This document shows, piece after piece, positions 36,480-45,527 of a stretch of 64,000 nucleotides of DNA (its first letter is position 1; the number at the start of each line of letters is the position of its first letter). Below the pieces are notes generated by a model. That model was not told the DNA's origin. It searched no databases and saw only the letters and a list, made by a program, of their open reading frames with translations. A program made the position numbers and the translations under genes. The DNA lies in contig CAZSED010000002.1 in the NCBI GenBank assembly GCA_964605885.1, positions 14,502 through 78,501 on the forward strand, in the 5' to 3' direction. This DNA comes from an uncultured Dehalococcoidales bacterium (GTDB taxonomy: Bacteria > Chloroflexota > Dehalococcoidia > GIF9 > UBA5629).

Positions 36480-37964
36480 ATGAAATGGCCTGACCTGCGG
36501 CATCTGGACGGCTACCTGCCTGCCGACATGGAGAGGGCATACCGCCGGCACTATCTCAAGGATGATACGCGCACCGCCATCATAACCATGTCCTTCCTGT
36601 GTATTCTGCTGGTGGCCTTCGCCTTCAACGATTACCTGCTCTTCGACCTGACAACCCGTTTCTATCTTCTCATTACCCTGAGGACCGCTTATCTGATTTA
36701 CTTCATTGTCCTTATTGTATTTTTCAGGCGCAATACCAGCCCCCGCAAGTACGACATTAACCTGCTGGTCTGGCTTGTTATGAGCACCATCATGGTGAGC
36801 ATAATCAACCTGACACGGCCCGCTTCCTACGGGGGTAACTTCCTTATAGACGTCATACTTATCCTGCTGGTCTACCTCTGCATGCCCATGCGGCTGGCCT
36901 TCAGGGCGGCGGGAGCGATAGCATTCACACTTGTTGATATTTACATCTTCTTTGTTCTGCGCTGGGCCATAGACACGCCTATCATGGCTTATACGGCTAT
37001 CTTCTCCCTGCTTGCCGCCAATATCGGCGGCCTGTTCGCGTCAGGCCTGCTCTATAGCTTCAGGCGCAGGGAGTTTCAGGCGCGCAGGGAGCGTGAGATC
37101 ATCGCCGACCAGTGGCAGACCACCTTTGACTCCATAACCGACATGATCTCCATACAGGATAAAGACTTCAGGCTGGTAAGGGTGAACAGGGCCTACGCCG
37201 ACCTGTTCGGCAAGAAGCCGGAGGAGCTGGTTGGCAGGCACTGCTATGAGATCGTACACCAGACGTCGCAGCCAGTAGATAACTGCCCTCATGGCCAGAC
37301 CATGCAGACGCTGAAAACGGTAACCGAGGAGGTAGCCGAGCCGCGCCTGGGCGTTGTCCTGGAAGTCACCACGTCGCCCATCATAAACGGAGACGGCGAG
37401 ATCGTCGGCACGGTGCACCTGGCCAAAGACATCAGCGAGCGCAAGCGGCTGCAGGAAAAGCTGGAGAAACTGTCCACGCACGATTTCCTGACCGGCCTGC
37501 CCAACCGACTGCTGCTGATAGACCGTTTTTCTATCGCATCAGCGCATGCTCTGCGGCACGGCGATAAGCTGGCGCTGATGTCGCTGGACCTGGACAAGTT
37601 TAAGCAGATAAACGACACCATGGGCCATGCGGCAGGAGACCAGGTGCTCAAGGCCGTGGCGGAGAGGCTGCGCGGCGCCGTGCGCGGCGATGACACGGTG
37701 GTGCGCATGGGCGGCGATGAGTTTGTAGTATTAATGCGCGACACCGGCAAACCCAAGGACATCGTGCGCATGTGCCAGAGGATACAGCAGGCCTTTGTAA
37801 AGCCTATAAATGTGGAAGGGGAGGAAGTGCACACCGCCGCCAGCATCGGAATCGCTATCTTCCCGGACCAGGGGACGGAACTGGATGAGCTCTCCAAGAA
37901 GTCCGACCAGGCCATGTACGAGGCCAAGAATGCCGGCCGCAACCGCTACACCTTCTATAAATAA
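36480..37964 (+). CDS. Membrane sensor diguanylate cyclase (multi-TM N-terminus, PAS, GGDEF)
   Basis: RMGGDEFVV active-site motif; a PAS-like segment with a Cys-rich HCYEIVHQ...CPHG. Confidence 0.75.
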   Translation: MKWPDLRHLDGYLPADMERAYRRHYLKDDTRTAIITMSFLCILLVAFAFNDYLLFDLTTRFYLLITLRTAYLIYFIVLIVFFRRNTSPRKYDINLLVWLVMSTIMVSIINLTRPASYGGNFLIDVILILLVYLCMPMRLAFRAAGAIAFTLVDIYIFFVLRWAIDTPIMAYTAIFSLLAANIGGLFASGLLYSFRRREFQARREREIIADQWQTTFDSITDMISIQDKDFRLVRVNRAYADLFGKKPEELVGRHCYEIVHQTSQPVDNCPHGQTMQTLKTVTEEVAEPRLGVVLEVTTSPIINGDGEIVGTVHLAKDISERKRLQEKLEKLSTHDFLTGLPNRLLLIDRFSIASAHALRHGDKLALMSLDLDKFKQINDTMGHAAGDQVLKAVAERLRGAVRGDDTVVRMGGDEFVVLMRDTGKPKDIVRMCQRIQQAFVKPINVEGEEVHTAASIGIAIFPDQGTELDELSKKSDQAMYEAKNAGRNRYTFYK

Positions 37965-38051
37965 GTCAACCGGTCCCGCTCTCACAAAATTTGACACATC
38001 CCCAATAATCCATCATAATCATTATGAGCATATGCTCATTATAGGAGTGTA

Positions 38052-38528
38052 ATGACAAGGCCGAGAAAATGCAGGCGTATAGCATTTATTCCAGGAGTGA
38101 CCTATTTCAAACCGGCGGGAATACCGCTCAGGTTTCTCGATGAGGTTTGCCTTTCACTGGAAGAGGCCGAGGCCATCCGGCTGAAGGATATTGAGGACCT
38201 TGACCAGGCAGGCTGCGCCGAGCGCATGAACGTGTCACGCCCGACAGTGCAGCGCATCATTGAATCGGCGCGCAAGAAAATGGCTGATGCCCTGCTTAAC
38301 GGCAAGGCCATCAGGATCGAGGGCGGCAATGTTGAGATGCTGCCAAAACGCTACATTTGCGAAAACGGCCATGAGTGGGATATTCCGCTTAAACAGGCGC
38401 TGGAAGAGTCATCCCTAGCCTGCCCGGTATGCACCAGCCCGGTAATTAATACATTGCCGGAAGTAGATTTCGGCTGGAGGCAGGGCGGGGGCAGAGGCAG
38501 ATGTCACAGGAGAGGTTTAAACCGCTGA
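38052..38528 (+). CDS. DUF134 (UPF0251) predicted DNA-binding protein
   Basis: MTRPRKCRRIAFIPGVTYFKPAGIP N-terminal signature and a C-terminal CxxC zinc ribbon. Confidence 0.7.
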   Translation: MTRPRKCRRIAFIPGVTYFKPAGIPLRFLDEVCLSLEEAEAIRLKDIEDLDQAGCAERMNVSRPTVQRIIESARKKMADALLNGKAIRIEGGNVEMLPKRYICENGHEWDIPLKQALEESSLACPVCTSPVINTLPEVDFGWRQGGGRGRCHRRGLNR

Positions 38529-38581
38529 ACGGGTCGATCAGCAGATATATAAACATTCAAACATTACAAAGGAGGACAAAG

Positions 38582-38857
38582 ATGCCTTACGGAAGAGGAT
38601 ATGGAATGGGAAGAGGATTTGGAATGGGCGGAGGTTTCCGGGGATCCTATGCAGCCTGGCCATATATCGGCCGCGGCAGGGGAGGCCTGCCCAGGTGCGG
38701 ATATTTCTTCGCCGGCCAGCCGTATTTACCGCCGGGATACACTACCCCGCTGCCTGACAACCTCAGTGCATTGAAGGATGAGGCTGCATACTTACAGGAA
38801 CACATGGCCCAGGTGCAGGCCAAAATCAGCGAGCTGGAACAGCAAAAGACCACATAG
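38582..38857 (+). CDS. DUF5320-like Gly/Arg-rich protein with a coiled-coil tail
   Basis: GRGYGMGRGFGMGGGFRG repeats then a coiled coil; AGGAGG RBS. Confidence 0.5.
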   Translation: MPYGRGYGMGRGFGMGGGFRGSYAAWPYIGRGRGGLPRCGYFFAGQPYLPPGYTTPLPDNLSALKDEAAYLQEHMAQVQAKISELEQQKTT

Positions 38858-38913
38858 TCTGCTGCCCACTTAAGGTCAGGCAGGCTCCTGAATAATAAAA
38901 AGGAGGAACTATC

Positions 38914-39183
38914 ATGCCAGGATTTGATGGTACAGGACCCGCTGGTCTGGGTCCGATGACAGGTGGAAGAAGGGGATTTTGCGCCCTGCCGCCGGGCAGC
39001 GCAGGGATCGCCTACCGCGGCAGGGTGGCCGGCGCATACAGAATGGCATACCCTGCTATGCCGGACAAGGAAGAGCTTGAGCTGCTAAGAAATGAATTTG
39101 CCATGCTGCAAAAAGAGCTTGAGGTAATCGAGCGCAGAATAAAAAGCATGGAAGCACAAAAAAGCCAGCAAGGAGGCCAGTAA
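38914..39183 (+). CDS. DUF5320-like protein, second paralog
   Basis: PGFDGTGPAGLGPMTGGRRGF N-terminus then a coiled coil. Confidence 0.5.
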   Translation: MPGFDGTGPAGLGPMTGGRRGFCALPPGSAGIAYRGRVAGAYRMAYPAMPDKEELELLRNEFAMLQKELEVIERRIKSMEAQKSQQGGQ

Positions 39184-39185
39184 AT

Positions 39186-39548
39186 ATGATATTAGCCATT
39201 ACTGCCAGTGGAGACCGCCTGGAATCGGATATTGATCCCCGTTTTGGCAGATGCAAATACTTCATCTTTGTCGATCCGGATACCATGGTTTTCGAGGCTG
39301 TGCCGAACTCTGGCACCGCGGGTGGCGCCGGCATCGCCGCCGGTCAGACCGTGGCTTTGTATAAGGCCAAAGCTGTGCTGACGGGCGACTGCGGGCCCAA
39401 TGCCTACCAGGTGCTGTCGGCCGCCGGCATTGAAGTTTTCACCGGCGTCTCGGGGAAAGTGAAGGACACAATCCGGGACTACAAGGCAGGTAAATTCAAA
39501 CCCATCACCCAGGCCAGTGTGCAGCCCCACCATGGACAACCGGGTTAG
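39186..39548 (+). CDS. NifX/NifB-type FeMo-cofactor-binding domain protein (MTH1175-like)
   Basis: MILAITASGDRLESDIDPRFGRCKYFIFVD is a classic Nitro_FeMo-Co N-terminus. Confidence 0.7.
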   Translation: MILAITASGDRLESDIDPRFGRCKYFIFVDPDTMVFEAVPNSGTAGGAGIAAGQTVALYKAKAVLTGDCGPNAYQVLSAAGIEVFTGVSGKVKDTIRDYKAGKFKPITQASVQPHHGQPG

Positions 39549-39598
39549 CGTCAGTTAAATCAAATACAAAAGGAACTATTTAAAAAGGAGGTCAAGAA

Positions 39599-39823
39599 AT
39601 GCCCAGAGGAGACATGACAGGCCCTCCCACGGGAGGAGCCGGCAGAGGAATGGGCCGCGGCAGGGGCCAGGGAGGCGGCAGGATGGGCGGCAACAGGCCC
39701 GGCGCAGGGCCGGGCGGCGAATGCGTCTGCCCCAAGTGCGGAGCTAAAGTTGCTCATCAGGTAGGTATGCCCTGTTATAACATCAGTTGCCCCAACTGCG
39801 GGACGAAAATGGCGAGAGTCTGA
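39599..39823 (+). CDS. Gly-rich small protein with a C-terminal Cys4 zinc ribbon
   Basis: GRGMGRGRGQGGGRMGG then CPKCG...CPNCG. Confidence 0.5.
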   Translation: MPRGDMTGPPTGGAGRGMGRGRGQGGGRMGGNRPGAGPGGECVCPKCGAKVAHQVGMPCYNISCPNCGTKMARV

Positions 39824-40684
39824 ATGATAGTATCTGTTGCCAGCGGTAAAGGCGGGACAGGTAAGACCCTCGTGGCCACCAGCCTCGCCATATCTATGGC
39901 GGAAAGGGAAAAGGTGCAACTGCTCGACTGCGACGTCGAGGAGCCCAACGATCACCTTTTTCTGAAACCGGTTATCACCGACAGGGAGGCTGTCAGCATG
40001 CCTGTCCCCAGGGTGGACTATGCCAGGTGCAACTTTTGCGGAGAATGTGCACAGGTATGCGCCTATAAGGCTATAGCCGTTGTGCCGGGGAGCGTGCTGG
40101 TTTTCGACCAGCTCTGCCACGGCTGTGGTGCCTGCAGCTACCTGTGCCCCAGGAGGGCAATCGTCGAAGAAAGCAGGGAGATGGGAGTCATTGAGTCAGG
40201 CGTTGCCAATGGCATCGATTTCGTCCAGGGCAGGCTTACCGTGGGTGAAGCGATGGCTGTGCCGGTGATCCGCCGGGTTAAAGCCAAGATTAAACGTGAT
40301 CTACTGGCCATACTCGATGTTTCACCCGGCACATCATGCCCGGTGGTGCAGGCCATCGAGGGCAGTGATTACTGCCTGCTGGTCACCGAGCCTACGCCTT
40401 TCGGTCTGCATGACCTGGAGCTGGCTGTAGAAACAGTCCACCAGCTCGGAATACCCTGCGGCGTGATCATTAACCGCGCCGTCAGCGGTGAGACGCTGGT
40501 GCATGAATATTGCCTGAGGGAGGGCATCCCTGTATTGCTGGAAATACCGCTCGACCGGGAGATTGCCCGCCTCTACTCCGAAGGGGTGACGCTGGCAGAG
40601 GGCAGGCCGCAATGGCAGGCTGAATTCAGGGCCGTATACACTAAAATCGAAGGAGTTGTACATGAAAGAAGTGGCCGTGCTTAG
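39824..40684 (+). CDS. MinD/Mrp-family P-loop ATPase with an inserted 2x[4Fe-4S] ferredoxin domain
   Basis: SGKGGTGKT deviant Walker A; CNFCGECAQVC and CHGCGACSYLCP. Confidence 0.7.
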   Translation: MIVSVASGKGGTGKTLVATSLAISMAEREKVQLLDCDVEEPNDHLFLKPVITDREAVSMPVPRVDYARCNFCGECAQVCAYKAIAVVPGSVLVFDQLCHGCGACSYLCPRRAIVEESREMGVIESGVANGIDFVQGRLTVGEAMAVPVIRRVKAKIKRDLLAILDVSPGTSCPVVQAIEGSDYCLLVTEPTPFGLHDLELAVETVHQLGIPCGVIINRAVSGETLVHEYCLREGIPVLLEIPLDREIARLYSEGVTLAEGRPQWQAEFRAVYTKIEGVVHERSGRA

Positions 40685-41525
40685 CGGCAAAGGCGGCACG
40701 GGAAAGACCAGCATCACCGGCTGCTTCGCTGCGCTGGCCAGCAAAAAAGTGCTGGCGGACTGCGATGTGGATGCGGCCGACCTGCATCTGCTGCTGCAAC
40801 CCGTAAACAGGCAAAGCGAGGAATTCTGGAGCGGGCAGCTTGCCCTGATCGACGAGGACAAATGCACAAAGTGCGGCCTCTGCCAGGAGCAATGCCGTTT
40901 CAATGCCATCCGCAATTTTAAGGTCAATCCTACTTTCTGCGAAGGATGCGGTTTCTGCTCACGCATCTGCCCTGCCTGCGCCATTAATATGCAGGATAAC
41001 CTGGCAGGCAAATGGTATATTTCAGATACCTTTTATGGCCCTCTGGTTCACGCACGGCTGGGCATAGCGCAGGAAAACTCGGGCAAGCTGGTGGCCCTGG
41101 TACGGCAGCATGCCAGGAAAATCGCCGAGGCAAAGGGCTGCACCACCATCATTACCGACGGGCCGCCCGGCATAGGCTGCCCCGTGATATCTTCGCTTTC
41201 CGGCGCCGACCTGGCCCTGCTGGTTACCGAGCCCACCGTGTCAGGCCTGCACGACCTGGAACGCATTATAGGCGTCTGCCGCCACTTTAAAGTTCCCGCC
41301 ACGGTCTGCATCAACAAATACGATATTAACGAGGAGAAGTCCTCAATTATTGAGAAATATTGCACCGGCAACGGGGTTAATGTTATCGGAAAGATACCCT
41401 TCGACACCACAGTTAATTCTGCGGTAGCCCACGGTATCCCGCTGGTCGAATACAAGGATAGCCCGGCGGCCGGGGAGATAAGAAAACTCTGGAAAAGCGT
41501 CAATTCACTTCTTTCAGCAAATTAA
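40662..41525 (+). CDS. MinD/Mrp-family P-loop ATPase with ferredoxin insert, second paralog
   Basis: SGKGGTGKTS; CTKCGLCQEQC and CEGCGFCSRICP. Confidence 0.7.
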   Translation: MKEVAVLSGKGGTGKTSITGCFAALASKKVLADCDVDAADLHLLLQPVNRQSEEFWSGQLALIDEDKCTKCGLCQEQCRFNAIRNFKVNPTFCEGCGFCSRICPACAINMQDNLAGKWYISDTFYGPLVHARLGIAQENSGKLVALVRQHARKIAEAKGCTTIITDGPPGIGCPVISSLSGADLALLVTEPTVSGLHDLERIIGVCRHFKVPATVCINKYDINEEKSSIIEKYCTGNGVNVIGKIPFDTTVNSAVAHGIPLVEYKDSPAAGEIRKLWKSVNSLLSAN

Positions 41526-41541
41526 CAATCAGGAGAACATT

Positions 41542-41778
41542 ATGCCTATTTATGACTACGCCTGCATCGACTGCGGGCACCACTTCGAGCACATGCACGC
41601 CATATCCGAAGCGGGCCGGCCGCAATGCCCATCCTGCGGCAGCAGCTCGGTGACCAAACTGATGTCAACTCCCGGCTTGATACGGGCCGCCAGGCTGCAC
41701 GGCAGCGGCACATGCTGTGGCAGGGAGGAGCGCTGTGACAGGCCTCCCTGTTCAACAGACGGACAGTGTCACAGATAA
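41542..41778 (+). CDS. FmdB-family zinc-ribbon regulatory protein
   Basis: MPIYDYACIDCGHHFE...CPSCGS signature. Confidence 0.7.
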   Translation: MPIYDYACIDCGHHFEHMHAISEAGRPQCPSCGSSSVTKLMSTPGLIRAARLHGSGTCCGREERCDRPPCSTDGQCHR

Positions 41779-41812
41779 TAGACAGCAATATTAAATAATC
41801 AAGGAGTTTAAT

Positions 41813-42151
41813 ATGAAATATGCAATACCCGTCACAGGAGGAATACTATCTGCGCACTTCGGCCATTGCGAACAGTTTGCCCTGATCCAGGCTGATGAAA
41901 AGAGCAGAACCATCCTTAAAAAAGAGCTGCTCCCTTCTCCCGGACACCAACCCGGCTTTTTGCCCCAGTGGCTGGCCGGAAAGGGTGTGGAGGTGGTTAT
42001 TGCCGGCGGCATGGGCGCCAGTGCCATCTCCCTCTTCCAGCAAAACGGCATCAATGTCCAGCTGGGGGCGCCGTCAGCCGATCCCGAGAGCGTGATTGCC
42101 GACTATTTGAACGGCAACCTGGCAACAGGTGATAACCGCTGCGACCACTGA
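41813..42151 (+). CDS. NifX/NifB-type FeMo-cofactor-binding domain protein, second paralog
   Basis: MKYAIPVTGGILSAHFGHCEQFALI...VVIAGGMG. Confidence 0.65.
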   Translation: MKYAIPVTGGILSAHFGHCEQFALIQADEKSRTILKKELLPSPGHQPGFLPQWLAGKGVEVVIAGGMGASAISLFQQNGINVQLGAPSADPESVIADYLNGNLATGDNRCDH

Positions 42152-42229
42152 GGGCGCGGCCATGCTGGCAAATTGTGGATAAATATCGGCAGCCCGGCAG
42201 CAATAAGAAGCAAAACGGACAATAAAACC

Positions 42230-42898
42230 ATGAAAACTGTGAAGGCAGCGTCTCCATTTGATCGGCATGCGGCTGGTTACGACCGCTGGTACGATGAAAA
42301 GGATGGCAAAATCATTTTCGCCACTGAAGTTAAAGCCTTGCAGGAAGTCTTGCCCGGGCTGCCCAAGCCATGGCTTGAAGCAGGGGTAGGCAGCGGCCGC
42401 TTTGCCAGTGCGCTTGGCATTAGGACCGGGATAGACCCGTCAGCCAGGCTCCTGCAGAAAGCTAAATCTCGCGGCATCATCACCATAAAAGGCAGGATAG
42501 AAGACCGGATTATACCTCTGGAAAGCTTCGGAACCGTTTTTCTTATCATGACGCTGTGTTTTCTTGACAATCCGGGCCTTGCGCTGCGCGAGATCCACCG
42601 CATTCTTAAACCCCAAGGAAAGCTTGTGCTGGGAGAGGTGCCGGCTTACAGTCCCTGGGGCCAACTATTCCGTCAGAAAAAGCGTGATGCCCATCCATTC
42701 TATAAATATGCTAATTTCTACACCTTCGATGACTTAGCGAGCATGCTGGAAAATGCCGGTTTTGATATCTGCATGACCGTCTCGACGCTGGTGCAAAAAC
42801 CGGGAAAGCTGCAGGCTGTTGAAATTCCTTTAAACGACTACTGCGAGGACGCAGGATTCCTGGTAATTGTTGGAGTTAAAACAAAGGCTTCGCTTTAA
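42230..42898 (+). CDS. Class I SAM-dependent methyltransferase
   Basis: LEAGVGSGRF motif I; Methyltransf_11-like. Confidence 0.6.
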   Translation: MKTVKAASPFDRHAAGYDRWYDEKDGKIIFATEVKALQEVLPGLPKPWLEAGVGSGRFASALGIRTGIDPSARLLQKAKSRGIITIKGRIEDRIIPLESFGTVFLIMTLCFLDNPGLALREIHRILKPQGKLVLGEVPAYSPWGQLFRQKKRDAHPFYKYANFYTFDDLASMLENAGFDICMTVSTLVQKPGKLQAVEIPLNDYCEDAGFLVIVGVKTKASL

Positions 42899-42906
42899 GG
42901 CATTAT

Positions 42907-43680
42907 ATGTCAATTATTTACGGTCCAGTCCCCTCCTGGCGGCTGAAAAGGTCGCTCGGAATCGACATGGTCTGCACTAAAGGCAAAACATGCTCCTTTG
43001 ACTGCGTTTACTGCCAGCTGGGCGATACACTTAATAAAGAGGCCTGCAGAAGTGAGTTCGTTACAATCGATAGCCTGCAGAAGGAGCTGGAACTGTTGCC
43101 GCCTGTGGAGGCAGATTATGCCACCTTTTCCGGTGTTGGAGAGCCGACGCTCGCCGCCAACCTCGGCAAGGCCATTGAAACAGTAAGAAGTTCGCTGCAA
43201 ATCCCCGTGGCGGTATTAACCAATTCCTCTCTGCTGTATGACAAGAGTGTACGTGGAGATCTGGCCGGTGCTGACACAGTGGTAGCCAAGCTGGATGCGG
43301 CTGATGACGATATGCTGCGACGGTTGAACAGGCCTGTATTCAGCCTGTCGGTTCACCAGATAATTGATGGCTTGAAGGCATTTCGCTATATCTTTTCCGG
43401 CAAGCTGGCTATCCAGATTATGTTTATACAAATCAACCGCGAAAAAGCTGCTGAACTGGCCTCGCTGGTGAAAGAACTGGCGCCGGACGAAATTCAGATC
43501 AATACTCCTCTCAGACCGTGCGCAATTAAACCTTTAGATCCGGCTGATCTATCACAAATAAGCAGCCATTTCTCCGGCTTGAAAAGCGTCATCACGGTGT
43601 ATGAAGCTGAAAAAAGGGCTGTTGCGCCACTGGACCGGCAGCAAACGGAACGACGCAGGCCTGAAGCGAAGCAGACATGA
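42907..43680 (+). CDS. Radical SAM domain protein
   Basis: CSFDCVYC (CxxxCxxC) near the N-terminus; GVGEPTL glycine-rich SAM motif. Confidence 0.65.
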   Translation: MSIIYGPVPSWRLKRSLGIDMVCTKGKTCSFDCVYCQLGDTLNKEACRSEFVTIDSLQKELELLPPVEADYATFSGVGEPTLAANLGKAIETVRSSLQIPVAVLTNSSLLYDKSVRGDLAGADTVVAKLDAADDDMLRRLNRPVFSLSVHQIIDGLKAFRYIFSGKLAIQIMFIQINREKAAELASLVKELAPDEIQINTPLRPCAIKPLDPADLSQISSHFSGLKSVITVYEAEKRAVAPLDRQQTERRRPEAKQT

Positions 43681-43844
43681 ACGCCATAGGGTCGGCAGTG
43701 ACTTCCTGTCCGGACAACTATTATATGCTGCTTACCCTGACAGGGAGTATAATTTTTATGAGGCTGGCTTCAGGCGCAAGCATGATACTGGCCCCAACTG
43801 AATCTGTGTGATATCACTGGGTAAACTATGTGACGGTGTAAAAT

Positions 43845-44135
43845 ATGGACAATTTTGATCTCGAACCCAAATATAGTTCCAACGAGGTGCCCGGCAAATG
43901 CCTCAAGTGCCTGGCGGAGAAAGAGCTGAACAGCTGCCTGTTCGGATTGCTGGGCGAGCAGACCAGTGACGCCGAGCTGCAAGAGCGGTATTCTGCCCTG
44001 CTGGCACTGCTGCAGTCTCCCAACTTTGAAAATCTGCGCAGCCAGGCCGAGAGACTGCTTTCGGAGGGCAAGCAGGTCAAGGTTAAAGTCAATTTTAATA
44101 AAGATGGTCTTCAGTGTGAATTAATTTCCGAGTAA
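43845..44135 (+). CDS. Hypothetical protein
   Basis: 96 aa; CLKCL pair only. Confidence 0.35.
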   Translation: MDNFDLEPKYSSNEVPGKCLKCLAEKELNSCLFGLLGEQTSDAELQERYSALLALLQSPNFENLRSQAERLLSEGKQVKVKVNFNKDGLQCELISE

Positions 44136-44150
44136 AAAGGGAGTGTCAAT

Positions 44151-44549
44151 ATGAAAATAGCAGTAGTGACTGATGACGAGACCACTGTCAGCCAGCATTT
44201 TGGCCGGGCTGAGTATTACGAGGTTTTTACCGTTGAAGACGGTCAAATCACGGCGAAAGAGCGGCGCGATAAAATGGGGCACCGCCATTTCGTCCACGGT
44301 GAGGGCGGCCACGGCGCAGGTGAGGGTCAGCACGGCTATGATGCCGATTCCCAGAGAAAGCATGCCAGCATGGCCGAAACCATCAAGGATTGCCAGGTAT
44401 TGATTGCCGGCGGAATGGGCATGGGGGCTTTCGACAGCATGAAAAGCTATAACATCGAGCCTGTCATAACCGACGTCACCGACGCCGAGACGGCCGTTAA
44501 ACTGTATGCCGAAGGCAAATTGCCCAACCTGATAGGCCGTTTGCACTAG
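44151..44549 (+). CDS. NifX/NifB-type domain protein with an internal His-rich insertion
   Basis: MKIAVVTDDETTVSQHFGRAEYYEVF...VLIAGGMG scaffold interrupted by HRHFVHGEGGHGAGEGQHGYDADSQRKH. Confidence 0.6.
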   Translation: MKIAVVTDDETTVSQHFGRAEYYEVFTVEDGQITAKERRDKMGHRHFVHGEGGHGAGEGQHGYDADSQRKHASMAETIKDCQVLIAGGMGMGAFDSMKSYNIEPVITDVTDAETAVKLYAEGKLPNLIGRLH

Positions 44550-44606
44550 CTCGCCGGGCATTGCCATCAGGCCGGCGGGCTTGGCCTTATCTACCCTGCC
44601 GGCGAT

Positions 44607-45443
44607 TTGTATATGGAAGTCAAAATCACCACTCTGAGCGAGAATACAGCCACCCGCGGCAGCCTGGCTGAATGGGGTTTGAGCCTGCTTGTAGAGGCTG
44701 ACGGCAAGAAGATACTAATGGATACCGGCAGCGGCATAGCTGCCACTCACAACGCCGACCTCATGCACATAGACCTGGCCGATACTGACACCATCATCCT
44801 GAGCCACGGGCATAGAGACCATACCGGGGGACTGCTTCAGATATTGAAAAGGACCGGAGCAAGGGAGATCATCGCCCACCCGGATATAAACAAATCCAGA
44901 TATGTCCGCATTGGGGACATGTATGATGATATCAGCATGCCCTTTACGGAAAAAGAATTAGTAAGTGCGGGGGCACATTTCAAGTACAGCAGGGAGCCTG
45001 TCAGCATTACAGAACACATAATTACAACTGGTGAAATAGCCCTGCTGTCAGACTTCGAGGCTATTGACGAAAACCTGTTTATTAAAGAAGATGGTGAATT
45101 CAAACCTGATGATGTGCAGGACGACCTGGCCCTGATAATCAATACCGCAAAGGGGCTCGTGGTTTGCTGCGGATGCACACACAGGGGTTTGATAAACACT
45201 CTTAGCAGGGCGCGCCAGCTAACCGGTGAAGAAAGAATCTATGCGGTCATCGGCGGAATCCATCTGGTCCGCGCCGGGACTGAGCGCATCGAGAGGACGA
45301 TAGCCGAGCTGCAGGAATGGGATATCAAGCGATTATATGTATCACACTGCACCGGGTTTGCAGCTTCCGCCCGCCTAGCGCAGGCCTTCGGCAGCGCTTT
45401 CGCGCTGAATAACGCAGGCACCCGGATTGTTTTACCTGCTTAA
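44607..45443 (+). CDS. MBL-fold metallo-hydrolase
   Basis: ILSHGHRDHTGG motif. Confidence 0.65.
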   Translation: MYMEVKITTLSENTATRGSLAEWGLSLLVEADGKKILMDTGSGIAATHNADLMHIDLADTDTIILSHGHRDHTGGLLQILKRTGAREIIAHPDINKSRYVRIGDMYDDISMPFTEKELVSAGAHFKYSREPVSITEHIITTGEIALLSDFEAIDENLFIKEDGEFKPDDVQDDLALIINTAKGLVVCCGCTHRGLINTLSRARQLTGEERIYAVIGGIHLVRAGTERIERTIAELQEWDIKRLYVSHCTGFAASARLAQAFGSAFALNNAGTRIVLPA

Positions 45444-45527
45444 ATACAGCGTGGCCAGGTTGCCGTGTTCCATTTTTCGCCTGCCTTGCCCGCAGCTAGC
45501 CCTTCAAGTACAATTCAACTGAACCCG

